Positions 1 to 12,900 of a DNA stretch of 64,000 nucleotides are shown here, one piece after another. This DNA is from Ascidiella aspersa. Its lineage: Eukaryota. Each line of letters starts with the position of its first letter. Within the stretch, counting starts at the first letter, position 1. Where the stretch lies: contig OZ004610.1 of assembly GCA_963924565.1 (NCBI GenBank), forward strand, positions 9,982,001 to 10,046,000, in the 5' to 3' direction. The translations under genes were made by a program, and so were the position numbers. The notes under the pieces are model-generated. The model saw nothing but the letters and a program-made list of their open reading frames with translations, had not been told where the DNA came from and searched no databases.

Positions 1-3000
1 AGATTTAGGAGACTGTGTTGCTGATTTGCTCACTCCACTTTCTGCGAAGATTTTTATAAAAGGAGAAAATACTGGAAGCAGTTCATATATGATTCCAGGT
101 TCAACAAGAAAGTCAAATGCTTGTACTGAGAAAATAATTTCACTAACACAGTTTTTTAGGTTCGTTGGTAGCGGTTCACCTTTCGCTGAATTAGGCAGGT
201 CAACACTTTCATCATCATTTAAATGTCGCTGATAATCAGTGGTTAAGGCTTTGGTGTAGGTTACTTCTAAAAACTTTCTGTGCTTAGGTGTTTCACTCTG
301 CTCTTTTGAAGCATTAGATTCTTTGATGGGATAGTTGTGGACAAACATGGGATATTTCGAATACATTTGAGTAAGGGAGACCCCTAAAGCATGGGCATCT
401 TGCCACTCACCAGATACCTTGTGGAAATGCAAAATTTCAGAATTGGAGCAACATGACATAAGTTTAAGATAAATATTTGTGTAATCCAAAGACAAACTTA
501 CGTCCTCCACAGTTAAAGTAGTTTTGCCCTTGTTCACATTGTAAATTGAAAATGAAAAACGAGACAAAGTGCACTGCAGCCAAACAGTGCACTTTACTTG
601 AGTGGGGTTGTTCTTTACAACTAAAGCACTCAAGTTAGACTTGGAGTCATCTTTCAATTGGGTATTTCCTTGGGTGTCAGATTGATTTGAAACATCAACT
701 TCAGGGTTGACCTGGTTTTGAAAAATGAAAGGCAACATGCAGTTGGACTGAATGGATACTAGAGTTTGAAAAACCTTGTGGGCAATTTCAACTAAAAGTT
801 CAATTTGAGGCTTTGAAATCTTGATTTCTATTGGTTCTACATCAAGATGAATTGCAATACTTGAGCTGGCATGTTCTGTTTTGGGTGGTGAAACTACAAG
901 CCTGCAAGTAGCAGAATATGCATTAGCGATATGATGAAGTGTTTCACCATGCTTTCTTTGAAGTACCGTAAACAACTCTGCCTTTTCCATTGCTACATTA
1001 AAAGTACCAAATTCTGTGTATGTGTTAACAGCCATGCCATTGGTTATTAGTTCGGGTGTGATTCGCACTCTCTTCTGTCCAGATGTAAACAAAGTTGTTT
1101 TTGGTAAACAGATGTGAAGGCCATGCTGTGAAGTTTGCACTAGTTTGACTGTGCTTTGTATGCAAGGTATATGGACTTTAATTCCTTCGCAATGAAGCTG
1201 AACCACATATCTAAACTTACTACTGCTTGTCAACAAGGAAGTTTCAGCATTGACATTTACATCAGTCAAGTATGGGGACATAAAAACAGGCAGAAGTTGC
1301 TTTGGAGAAAGTGATGGCAAGTCGGCCAGAATATCCCAAACTAAATTGTCAAGAGTAACAATTAGACAATGTGAGTGGATAAGAATACAGCCATTTTGTT
1401 GGCTACTTTCAGGAATTTGAAGATACACAGTGAACCAGTTTGATACTTCGTGACATTTGTCTTCCGCTTCGTCAATAGATCCTAATTGTCCTATAGCTGG
1501 ACTTGTGCCTTTAACAAGTGCAACTTTTGAAGAACCGTGAATTTGCCAGAAAACATGCACAGATTTTAGAGAACTTAAAACAGACGTGCTAGCAAAGCTC
1601 TGGTTACATTCAACAATAACATGGCCAAACTGTGCAGACAATATGTTGTTTTCTGTAGCAGTAAAAATGTTATCCAAACAACAGACATCCATAACTTCAT
1701 TCCCTTCTTTATTGGATTGTATAAGTTGACTCCAGGAGTCGGTAATGTGTAAAATGATTTGTAACTGCCCTGGAGTGGCATTGATGGTCAACTTTTGCAA
1801 TTTAAATTTGGTCTGTTTGTTCAGCATGGACAGTCTTTCTTTCCAATATTCATTTCCTTGTAAAACATAAGATTCTACTACAACCTGGGAGGTTTTGCAA
1901 ATGGTGCTGGAAAGAGAGTTAAAATTCACTTCCTCCAATGGCTGAGCAACAATGGAACCCAAACAAATCTCAAGTGCATTAATTTCGATAGCATAGCATG
2001 TATTACAAGTTTGCATAAGTTTTGGTGGTGGGGAATGGAAGAGAGACAGATAAGCTGCAAGATGTCGGGCATACATTGGTTGTTTCATGGTAAAATTGGC
2101 ATTATTAAATTTTACTATAAGACAAGGTAGTTTTGCATTTGTTGCCTCATTGTGCAAGTGTGATTGAGTGGCAGTTCCGGTGGCCCAGTAGTCAATTCTG
2201 TTATAAGTTTTCGGCTTCATAGTGGTCTGCAGATGTAAAGCCGGAAATATTAGGGTGACATTCATAACACTGACTACTGCATGTCGAGTTGGAATAAAAT
2301 GTAATATTTTTATTTCATTTAGTGTGTCAGGTCGGTTGATGTGGCACTTCTGCACCAATGGGTAACTTTTAAAAGTGTGATTCGTTGCCCAGTGCTTCAA
2401 GATATCAAGGGAAGAAACGAAATGGCTTCCAATAAGCAGCTTGGACTGCTCACCACCTATAATAAACTTCTTCCATGAACGCTCCCTTACTGCATTCCAT
2501 TCGCTAATGTCAGTTAGCGATACCTGATGCAGAATATCATTGAATTCTTGTTCTTCTGCCAAATCAGCATTTCTGCCATCTGATGCAATGTAAAGATATA
2601 GGGCAACAAAGGACTTCTCTTCAGCTGATATTGAAGGTCTACTGAAATAGGAATCCTTTGTTAACACATATTCAAAATGTGAATCATTGTTTTCGGGAGA
2701 GCGAAAGTCAAATAGAGAGTTGGCTGCAAATCCAATCATAGAGCCTTTGGAAAAGCCAAGTAAAATATTACGTTCATCATCAGATCCCATTCCAGGTGTA
2801 AGTGGTAGCACAGGGCTGCACACTGCTGACCCACTGCAAATAACAGTGTCACAAGAAAAAAACTCCAAACCTTTTGCAACAAGTTCCAGACTGAACCCTT
2901 GAACATTAATCTGAAATAAAGTGGGGTTTTCCAGGTGCACTTGCCTTCGCATGTTACCCGAAATTGTAGACTTTGCAGGTTTAAATTTGATGATTACATT

Positions 3001-3984
3001 TTTTATGTAAAGCCCAAATGCAATTATTGGATTTTTGACAATGGGGTTGTCCAAGTCATCTTGTGCAGCGATTGAAGGTACATACGACCATGCCCATGAC
3101 GCCCATCCTTGTCCAGATTCATTATTACTCTCATCTTCAACCTCTGTTGAACCTTCTGTTCGAGTGATTAGTATTGTTCCATAGTAAATATGGAGACATA
3201 ACTGGAGTAGGCGAACAAAAGAAGGCAACTGTTTTTCACCAATTGTGAGTTCGTACCGCTCCATCATTATATTGTACTTGGTTGCAAAAGGTGTTCTTGA
3301 TGTGGGCAAAGGATAGCTTGCATGTTTTCTGAGCACAATGTGGGTGCGGAACACTAAGGGATCCTCATAGGATTCAATCCGGCCACTAGTTCCTCTTTTG
3401 TCCAAACACACGGTGAGATCTTTCAGGTTGAACACATGACGTAAAACACTGCTCTTTTCATTCATGTCTATAAACGCAGAACTCCAATTTTCGTCAGCAC
3501 CATGGTAGTCTGCGGTTTGCACATTAACAGACAATACTATATCATCTTCAATATATTTCAAAATGAGATTGTTGACAACAATGTTGACATTATTCTTAAT
3601 TTTGTTCATTAAGTTGTCAACATAGGAAGGTTGAGGTTGTGTTTCAGCTTTGGGTTCTTCTTTTTTCTGTTTCTTGTGTGGCTTGCTGCATTCCAGCTTC
3701 AGCACACATTCGACCGTGTTTAAGGTGATTACCACTGGCTCAGAAGCTAGTTTACTCCATGGCACATGGAGCCGCAGCTCTTGTGCTTGGCAGCTGACAA
3801 AACTGAAGGGAGCACCAAACAGTTCATTGTCTAGCGCGTTGAGCTTAAATCTGACATTGTGAAGAATTGCATCACCACCCCAGAGAGACAGATTGAAGTT
3901 CTGTGGCTCAATGTCTTTGATGTATTTTGACAAATAGCTGACCAAAAATGGGGAAAGATAGGACTCCAGCCTTAGCATGTTCAT
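1..3984 (-). CDS. VPS13B: VPS13B (Cohen syndrome protein / chorein-family lipid-transfer protein), N-terminal >=1328 aa, continues beyond window start
   Basis: Minus-strand ATG at 3984 (second ATG at 3978) gives MNMLRLESYLSPFLVSYLSKYIKDIEPQNFNLSLWGGDAILHNVRFKLNALDNELFGAPFSFVSCQAQELRLHVPWSKLASEPVVITLNTVECVLK. This closely matches the recalled VPS13B chorein N-terminus (LESYVTPIL..LSLWGGD..LRIHVPWTKLGSEPVVITINT). The same frame is open in the first ~300 nt read by hand, and the ORF track lists no stop-terminated ORF from this ATG, implying it runs off the edge. Upstream acceptor TTTTTATCACAG at ~4015. Confidence 0.93.
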   Translation of the reverse strand, partial: MNMLRLESYLSPFLVSYLSKYIKDIEPQNFNLSLWGGDAILHNVRFKLNALDNELFGAPFSFVSCQAQELRLHVPWSKLASEPVVITLNTVECVLKLECSKPHKKQKKEEPKAETQPQPSYVDNLMNKIKNNVNIVVNNLILKYIEDDIVLSVNVQTADYHGADENWSSAFIDMNEKSSVLRHVFNLKDLTVCLDKRGTSGRIESYEDPLVFRTHIVLRKHASYPLPTSRTPFATKYNIMMERYELTIGEKQLPSFVRLLQLCLHIYYGTILITRTEGSTEVEDESNNESGQGWASWAWSYVPSIAAQDDLDNPIVKNPIIAFGLYIKNVIIKFKPAKSTISGNMRRQVHLENPTLFQINVQGFSLELVAKGLEFFSCDTVICSGSAVCSPVLPLTPGMGSDDERNILLGFSKGSMIGFAANSLFDFRSPENNDSHFEYVLTKDSYFSRPSISAEEKSFVALYLYIASDGRNADLAEEQEFNDILHQVSLTDISEWNAVRERSWKKFIIGGEQSKLLIGSHFVSSLDILKHWATNHTFKSYPLVQKCHINRPDTLNEIKILHFIPTRHAVVSVMNVTLIFPALHLQTTMKPKTYNRIDYWATGTATQSHLHNEATNAKLPCLIVKFNNANFTMKQPMYARHLAAYLSLFHSPPPKLMQTCNTCYAIEINALEICLGSIVAQPLEEVNFNSLSSTICKTSQVVVESYVLQGNEYWKERLSMLNKQTKFKLQKLTINATPGQLQIILHITDSWSQLIQSNKEGNEVMDVCCLDNIFTATENNILSAQFGHVIVECNQSFASTSVLSSLKSVHVFWQIHGSSKVALVKGTSPAIGQLGSIDEAEDKCHEVSNWFTVYLQIPESSQQNGCILIHSHCLIVTLDNLVWDILADLPSLSPKQLLPVFMSPYLTDVNVNAETSLLTSSSKFRYVVQLHCEGIKVHIPCIQSTVKLVQTSQHGLHICLPKTTLFTSGQKRVRITPELITNGMAVNTYTEFGTFNVAMEKAELFTVLQRKHGETLHHIANAYSATCRLVVSPPKTEHASSSIAIHLDVEPIEIKISKPQIELLVEIAHKVFQTLVSIQSNCMLPFIFQNQVNPEVDVSNQSDTQGNTQLKDDSKSNLSALVVKNNPTQVKCTVWLQCTLSRFSFSIYNVNKGKTTLTVEDVSLSLDYTNIYLKLMSCCSNSEILHFHKVSGEWQDAHALGVSLTQMYSKYPMFVHNYPIKESNASKEQSETPKHRKFLEVTYTKALTTDYQRHLNDDESVDLPNSAKGEPLPTNLKNCVSEIIFSVQAFDFLVEPGIIYELLPVFSPFIKIFAESGVSKSATQSPKS

Positions 3985-4805
3985 GTTGAATGATGTGTCT
4001 CAGTGGGTCTTGTCCTGTGATAAAAACAATTATAAATAAAAGCTACATGATTTTATACTCTATCAACATTTAAATATATATCAATTGAATATATATTTAA
4101 TTTCAATTTGTGGAAATGTTCTCTGGACTAGTTGAAATATATTTTTTAACCTACTGCTATGTTTTCATATTGTTGGCATAGAAAAATGTCAATTTTAACG
4201 ACTATTTAAAAAAAAATTAAAAAAAAGCGTGCTGTTGTTGAACTATTTTGCAATTTAAGTTAAGCAGGGTTGGGATTATGCATTCGCCCGCTTGCCAATG
4301 CATGTGCAAATCGCTTCGCGAGTGCTGATTGACAAAATTGTAAAAAAACGATTATACATATTAGTTCAAAAAAGTGATATCGGTCGATCTCTAATAAAGA
4401 TGAAACTTACAAAAAGGTGTAGTATCTTGATCATCCGAGGAATAAAGCAACAAGAATCTAAAAAAACAAAGAGATAAAACATATAATATAAGTCCAAGAT
4501 ACAACCAGTGAGAATAATTACAATTTGGTATATATAAATTATTCTATTTTTATTTCCACAATTGAACGTATTAAACTATGAATTCTTACAAAGGATTTAA
4601 TAGATGTTTCAAGTTTCATCGCAGAAATGCAGTGATCCATTGATACCCTGTTCAACAGAAAGTTTGTTTTCAAAATTAGAAAAGTGAAGTTTTTGGTAAT
4701 ATGCAAACACTTATAAATATTTTTTATCATGTTACCTATAGTTTATTCAAATTTTACAAATATGCATCTAAAGTTATGCATGTTCAAACAATTTTTTTAT
4801 ATAAT

Positions 4806-5327
4806 AGGGAGACCAAAGCAGGAAGTCCAACCAGAAGCGGAACTTTCTGAACCGTTTTTGGGCCAATTTTTCCAAACCGTAAACAAACCTAAACCGTTTA
4901 TTGTAAGATTTTAAGAATCTGAAGCGGAACTGAGCCGAATATTTTAAAAGAACCTGAACTTTAACCGAACCCTAACCTGTAAAAAAAGCGGTTTACTCCA
5001 ACGTGACATCACAACGTGTACCGAGTTAAGGTATGCCAAGTTAGAAATTTAATGAAAAAATATAAATACTGATTAAATAAAATGTTGAATATGTCACATA
5101 ACTTAGATTAAATGACTTATTGACCCCCATTTTTAGATTCAATGCAACTTATATTGTATTCGAACCGGAACTTTATGAACCGGTTTTGGAATAACAATGG
5201 TCGAACCGGAGCTGAACCAGAACTTTCATAATGCTTGAAACCGAAACCGAAACTAAATCGTATTCCGAAAAACTCCTTGAACCCGAATCGAACCTGAATC
5301 GGAAAAGTCAAACTGTTTGACTCCCTG
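4806..5327. repeat. Degenerate AACCG/GAACC-rich MITE-like repeat
   Basis: Many GAACCG/AAACCG units; ends AGGGAGACCAAA / TTTGACTCCCTG resemble short TIRs. Confidence 0.5.
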
Positions 5328-6356
5328 AACAAAGTCATTGTATTTTTCTCCAATGAAATAACCGATGGTTCTCCATAGACAATGAAAAATGTGCTGTCCT
5401 CTTTTTGACAATTTTTATATTTAAAGAGAATTATAATTTTATGCGATATTTCGGCATAAGTATTGTATAGCGTCACTCATAATTCAACCCACCTCAACAG
5501 TATTAAGTTAATTTGATTGTAAGGAGCTCTAATTAATTTTTTTATCAATGAATCCTATTTAAAATTGAACCAAAAGACAAAATATTTATCTGAAAAATAA
5601 ATGTGCTATGTTTTTTTTGTTGAATTCTTTAAAGTAAAACTTTATTTGCATTCTACTCTAAAAAATATATATAAGTGTAAACTTACCTTTTTTAAGAAAA
5701 TTGATGTTTTCCATATATACAATTTTTATTCATCATAATAATCTTTTAGACCAATCAAACATATTTAATGAAAAAGTAAGAGTGTTTAATATCCTAAAAA
5801 ATGAACATTTTATTAATTTTTACAGGAGAGTGAGGCAAGACTTCTGTTTAGTTTACAAAGCTAAAATTTCATTTCTCCGCGAACACCTAGTAGGAATACA
5901 ATTAATTTGATGTAGTAATAAAATTGTAAAAATTTTGCGAAACCTTAAAATATGAACAATCTTTCACGTGCTGGTTTATTATACACACCATCGCAGTTCA
6001 CAACAACATCATCGATTCGGTTTAGTGCGTTTTACGCAAGAACTGTTTTCTGAGGTATAAAATTTTTGGACAACACTTAAATTTATTAGTTTTTTCTTTA
6101 ACTAAAACAAACGAAAAGTCAAAACAAGCCCCGACACCTAATTTGCTTACGCAAATTTTATTTTATTATCCCCTATACACCCCATAAAAAAGTATAACCA
6201 CCTAAAAAATAGTGTGATTTCTATGAAAACTGCTGACAAGATTATTTCTTAATAGAACACGTCAAACAAGTTTATCACGGTTATCGTTTTTAACTGTTTA
6301 TTAAGAAATTTAGTGATGCTGTACCCTTATTGTATCGTTAGTTTTTTATTTCATTT

Positions 6357-6559
6357 GGCGCTCGTCTAGAATCCTACCACAACGAACATTATTTGGGTTA
6401 GGGTGCCGGTTAGCGTTTGGGTTTGGGTGAGTCCAGTAATAGTGTTAAACAATATTACTTGACCTACCCACACCCAAACACTAAACGACACCCTAACCCA
6501 CATATTATGCATTGCTTAATAATCATTTCAACGTTGTGGTAGGATTCTAGACCAGCGCC
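6357..6559. mobile_element. Palindromic MITE in the VPS13B/TM9SF4 divergent spacer
   Basis: Ends GGCGCTCGTCTAGAATCCTACCACAACG / CGTTGTGGTAGGATTCTAGACCAGCGCC; inner GGGTTAGGGT / ACCCTAACCC; related end at ~40187-40210. Confidence 0.8.
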
Positions 6560-6966
6560 TTTCATTTTTATGGTCGATAATTTGCTTAATTAAGTTTAGC
6601 CTTCTATTTAATACGGCTTAAACTACTGTTATTGCTATGGATAAAGCTGGTAGCAAACTTTAAAATGGTCACCACACACATGCGAGTAAAATACCTGCTT
6701 TTACCTGTAAACATGTGACAATTGTTTGTTTTCTTCTAAACAATTCAGTAAACCCCAATAAAATATAAAATCAGTGTATACAAAGCTATACTTTTTGCAG
6801 ACTGACCCATGTTTATATGTTTTAAGTTTGTAAGATTTGCATAATGAATTAACTTCTATTTAATTCATCTTGTTTCAGTCCCTAAACATATTCAAAAAAT
6901 ATTTGTTTATCCTTTTGATGTGGTGTTGATCGTAATTGCTCGAAACAACGTGTTTGATTTGTGAAG

Positions 6967-9900
6967 ATGATCGCATCATGCAATTTAGCTGCATTTTGTT
7001 TGTTTCTGTGCCTTCATCTGGTGGCACCATTTTATGTACCTGGAGTGGCACCAGTTGAGTTCAAGGACAAGGAACCTGTTGAAATCAAGGTACGGCCGTC
7101 TTAAAGTAACTTCTTGCTTTGGTGCTTGGTCTTAGAGGATATTTGTTGCTAATGTTTTGTTATCCTAGTGAGTTTCAATTTGTAGTTTTATAATTTAACA
7201 AGTATTTGTTTTTAAATTCAGGCTGTGAAAATGACTAGTTCAAAAACCCAACTTCCGTATGAATACTACTCAATACCCTTTTGTGCACCAAGTGTTGTTG
7301 AATACAAAACTGAAAACCTAGGTAAGAAATAGTTATATAAAGCTCGGGTAAGGTTATTAGGAATATTTATATTTCTTAAAAAAAACTTTTTAAATTTTGC
7401 AGGAGAGATTCTCAGGGGAGATCGAATTGTTAACACTGCATATACTGTGAAAATGAATGAAGACCAAAACTGTGCCTTTGTTTGCGAAAAAGATATTGAT
7501 GCAAAAATGGCAAAAAATATTATTCAAAAGATTAAGGAGGAATACTCTGTCCATTTGTAAGTGTAATTAAAAGAACATAAGGGTAATTTGATATCTTGCA
7601 TTTCTGAGTTAGTGATTCTAACCACTTCGATAAGAGTTTGTTTATTTTTTCACCTGACCTTTGATAATGTAATTTTTTCTACTTACTTTCTTTAATTTTT
7701 CTACCTACTTTACTGCTGTCAAATTCCTTCATGATTATAACTCAATTGCAGAGAACTTAATTTGTAGAGCAATGCTATGGCAATATTAAGCAATTAATAC
7801 AAGTATCACCTTGCAATTATTGATTTTCAAATAAAACAAAACCTTTTAGACTTGCTGACAACCTGCCAGCTGCAACCAAGTGGATTCTAGATTCACATGA
7901 AGAACAAATTGAGCATGGATTTAAACTAGGAATGGTATCTGAAAATGGAGTATACCTTAATAACCACCTTACTATTACTTTACTGTAAGTATAAAGTACT
8001 GTAAATATAAGTATATTATGTTCTAATTAATTTGCATTCAGCAAGTGTGGTGCTTTTAGGTATTGAGATGTCTAGTTAAGCAACTAAGCTAATATAGGTT
8101 TTTATATGCATCTAAACACTCTTGTACTCAGGGCTGGCTAACATGCGGCTCTTACGTTCATGTTGCACTTATGATTTGGTTTCGATTTCCTTTGGTTAAG
8201 TTAAGGTTTATTGTCAGTTTCGACTTAGACTGTTTGTATTTTTAGTAACACTTTTGAAACAAGATAAGCACAAAAATATGCCCAAATATTATTGATATAC
8301 GACATTATATATATCAATAAGTTTGTATTTTTTCAATCAATGCATTGCGTTTTCTTCTAAATTAAAATGTTATCTTGGGTACACTATGCACGGATCTGTG
8401 ATGTAGCTTGATAATAATGATGATACAAGCTCGTATCGAAACGTCTTAATCAAGATAATGTCTATCTACTTGACCTTTTTGGCTTTGCAATTTGATATCA
8501 AGCTAAATGTTATCTATTTAAGAAATAAAGGCACTTTTTTCGCGCTTCGTGCAATCGCTTTGTAAAGTGAGTAAGAAATGTAGTGATAGGCCCATTCATT
8601 TCATTCCATGTGTGTAGTGTAAGGTGTGGCTCTTAGCGGTTAACCAAGTAACAACTGCTGTTGTTATCTGATGGTTGGCCACCATCACTCTAGGTCAGGG
8701 GTGTGCAACCTTTCATACTGCCAGGCCAAATATGTGTATTCGGATTAGACCACGGGCCACTTGCATATCTCGTCGCCAAAATGTTGTTGAGTAGTCGGAA
8801 AACTTTTTGTTGCGGCCTAAAGTAGTCTTTTCAGAGCTACTTAAAGGCCCACTACGTAAAACCACTACAAAAAACAGTGGCGGATTTAGGGGGATAGTTG
8901 ATTTTAAGGTGAAATATTATATGTGAAAATGTATTTCTATGCTTAATGACCAAAACACTGCCATGCTATATAAAACGGAATATACGCGCGAAATTTGCGT
9001 TTACCTAGAGTTAAAGTTGGCAAAAAGTATAGTTTTACAGGCTTACCAGACCACATTTGGTACGTGCTGGGTCTTTCCAATCTGAGCCAATTTAAAACAT
9101 TATAATGTCCCACCAATTAATAAAATAAAGTGCAATGAATGTACGGCTATCACGCAGCCAACAACTACAGTACATGATAACACCAAGCTATTCAAAAATA
9201 ACTCACAGCCCACAGTTGGCCTACCACTGTGCTAGTGACTACCACAAAAAAATTGCTTACACACGTACGTTGAACCGAACAATGCCACCTTAAAAGCGAC
9301 AAATTTTCTCAGCTGTGGAAAATAATTTAGATCGAGATGTTCGTGGTAAAAACTACTTTTTAGCTGCGCTGAGAAAAATTTGTTTCTTTTTTTTACAACT
9401 CACATGATCATTGATATTGAATATAAAACAATTACATTTCAAATGAGCGAAAAAGATCAAACGGACATTATGCTTTCTTTACATGGCCACACGTAGCTAT
9501 TCGAAAGCATTTCAAGAACAAAAAATTGCGGCGCTCAGTTCACTTTAACACAAAGTTGTGCACTTTCCGCAACAACATCCAAAACACATTTTGTAGTTTT
9601 ATTTTGTTAGCAAGTCACATTCTAATTCTAATAAACTAAAAAATTACATGCTATATAAGGCGACCTAGACTAAGGAACAGTCAGGAAGTTTCAATATTTT
9701 AACAGTTACCTGAATGTTTAGTGTTGCGGGCCAAAAACCTAAGCACACCGTGGACCACATATTTTGGATCCGCGGGCCGCAGGTTGCACGCCCCTGCTCT
9801 TGGTCATACAGTATGAAAGCTTGTATTTGAATCAAAGGTTGATATAAAAGAAATAAAAATATGTTTTCTTTTTTAGTTACAACCATGATGCGACTGAAGA

Positions 9901-12900
9901 AACATACCGAGTTGTCGGATTTGAAGTGTTTCCCAAAAGTGTTGATCAGTCTGCTGTTAAAGATGGTGAAACTTGTAGCGTTGATGATAAAACTGCAAAG
10001 CAACTTGTGACTGAAGATACAAAAAAGATCAAGTATTCATATGAAGTCCGCTGGAAGGTATGGCTATTACTAATGATTTGAATACATGACCAACAATGTT
10101 GTTAACAAATAATTTAGTTATGTCAGTGGTTTTCAACGCCTGGGATACCACTGTACTGTGAATTCTATTCACTGCATCACCCAAATTTTGTAATTTTAAA
10201 ATGAGCAGTTTTTCGAAAGAACAGGCTTGTAGAGAAGCTTGTAGTGTTATACAATTTTTTTGATTTGTGAATAGAGTTGAAAAACAAAGAGCATGATAGG
10301 CGTCGCAGTAATCTTAATTAATTTCTCCCAGACATAAAAATGAGTTTCTTTTGCAGTATTGCGCTCCCTTGAGACAGGATTTCGCAAGATTTCGCCCTCG
10401 CGTCTTACCTGTTTATAATAAAATAAATTCAAGCTCCTTTATTTGACACAACATGCAACATTGCTCTTTTTGGGTATTTTTTTAATTTTGCATTGTACAC
10501 TGTTTTACCAAAACAACAAGCCTAAAAGTTTTATCTTCGGACAGTCCTAACCTTTTATGTGTTAAAAAAACAGCAAAAAAATTATTTTTTGCAAATAAAA
10601 GCATATCGCAGATAATTGCAATGATTTTGTTTAAAAAAGTTTAAAGCTATTTTAACACGAGTTTTTTTCATATAAAGCAAGTACTTTCCCATAACACAAA
10701 ACATACAGTGCTAAACACAGATACCTTGAGCTAAAATCTATCTTCAAATTAGGACAAAAGAAAGTTGTAAAAAAAGTTGTATTCAGTCCTTGTTCTGACA
10801 AACCAAGCCCAATCCACCGTAAAAGATGCAAATATGAGTTAAATAGGCCTATAGAGACCGAGAACTAATCCAAATATTAGCTCAAAACTTGCTAATCACA
10901 AAATCACGAACCAAATTTCGCAGTTACTAAGCTACCACCCGACCCGTCGTAAATTAATGCAGTTCTAAGCACAAATATCTACCACAATTAGAGCATAGAA
11001 AAGATGGAAAATTCTGATGTTTAGACTTTGAGATCTTGGACAATGCACTAATTTGACTTATCATATCTGCTTAAGAAGATTAAAGTTAATAATACTTGCC
11101 CACCCGAATCCAAATGCTAACCAGCACCCTAACCAAAAATTGTGAAAAGCTTTCGGCCCTAATATATCACTGTAACAATTCTATATAACCTGGATGGGAA
11201 TTATCTTATGCCCACCTGATTTTGGGCTTTTTCCCAGTGTTCAAATAATTATCAAATCAACGCTCCTTATTTGAGTTAGGGTGCTGGTTAGCGCTTGGGC
11301 TCTGGTTCGGGTGGGTCATGTATAATTATTTATTTTTGCATTTTTTTTTCTTTTGTGAATTTTCAGCAACTATTTTTAATTTGTCTACGGGGAAAAATTG
11401 TACCTTTTTACCTAAAGGTACAATTAGTGCATTGCCACTACCTCAAGGTCTAAATGTCAGACTCTCCTGCCCGTGGATACCCTAATTGTCATAGAACTTT
11501 TTGCTTAGAACTGCACTAATTTCTGATGGATCGGGTGAACTACACATGCGTGTAATTTCAAAGTAACCCACAAGACACTGAATATAGGCAGAAACCACAC
11601 CAGGCGTAACATAAAAATTACTGCACAAAATATCAAATATTTATAGAAGTACTTGCAACCAATCTGCCGGCGCTCTATTTAGGGGGTAGCACCTCACCTA
11701 GGGGTCATTCCATTGCTACTGGTACAGTGGTGGCACCATATGTTATAGATTTTTTTTAAATTTTATATGTAGAATCTCTGTGCAATTCTATGAAAAGTGA
11801 TGCCAATTTTACCGAAATTGGTCAAGTACTTTTTGAGATATCAGCAACTAAAAATTGGACCTTTTTAGGCTTTTTCGTGATCGCTCATGCGTAAAATTTA
11901 ACTGCAAATTTTGTTTGACCTATTATGAAGGTGTTTTAAATGGTAACTTAAAAATTCCAATGCATATCAGTTCTTCGAAGTAAGCAGATTCTAAAAAGAT
12001 ATATTGTTGTTTGTTTTTGTATCACTACAGGCCACCAAGTGGCTAGTTTCACACATGACTTTTTGTAATCAGTCATGCATGACGAAACTTTGATCAGTTA
12101 TAGCGAAAAATACTCTACTTCGATTTTTCTGCAACTTAGCTTAAATGAAAGGTAATTTTCTTGGCTTTCTAGCTTCCAAATATGAAATGAGATATTTGAG
12201 TAGAAATGACAAAATTTGATTGCTTTGTAATAGATTGCGAAAAGGCTTTATGACGCACTATTATAATGTATAATTATGAAATGTGATTGTCTGGTGCTTC
12301 CAGGAAGTCAAAAAAACTTTTAGAAATCTGCTGGTACAGCAATGCATACTAGAAGCCAATACATAGATCAATAATTTTAATCAATGTATGGCAAAATTGC
12401 TATTAATTGTTTTGCGACTGAAAACTTTATGCACAGTCAGCGAACAATACTACTTATAACACAGAGGAGGATTCTATTCGATGACAAAGAGCAAGATACT
12501 ATACAATGTTAAGTACAAGTATATATGTATATTGGAAGACACCTCATATTCAAGTAACAGACTACCAAGAGCTTAAATCTTTAGCAATGTTATTGCAAAG
12601 CACTGCCCCTCATTCAGTTACACCAGGTGCAGGAACCTTTTTGGCCTCAAAGCAAGACCAATATGTTTTCCATTGGACCATGTTTTGTGACAGATTGTCA
12701 TGTTGTGTTAACATCAAGAGGACAATACCAAATCTCCAAGTCTGATGGAAGCCTGATTTTGGAAAAGTGGTGTGACTGGTCTCACACATCTTTATAAGTT
12801 TTTGTAACTTGAAGCAGTGTGAATTGCAGCTAGTTTCAGTCATGATTTATGATCAAACCCAAGTTTATTTCCATCAAATTTTCAACCTTAATAAGTGATA

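Noticed and set aside
5117-5476. 119-aa minus-strand ORF upstream of VPS13B
   Set aside because: Overlaps a low-complexity AACCG repeat; FGFG-like translation artefact
6394-6500. TTAGGG/CCCTAA telomere-like motifs
   Set aside because: Isolated units inside a palindromic MITE, not an interstitial telomeric array
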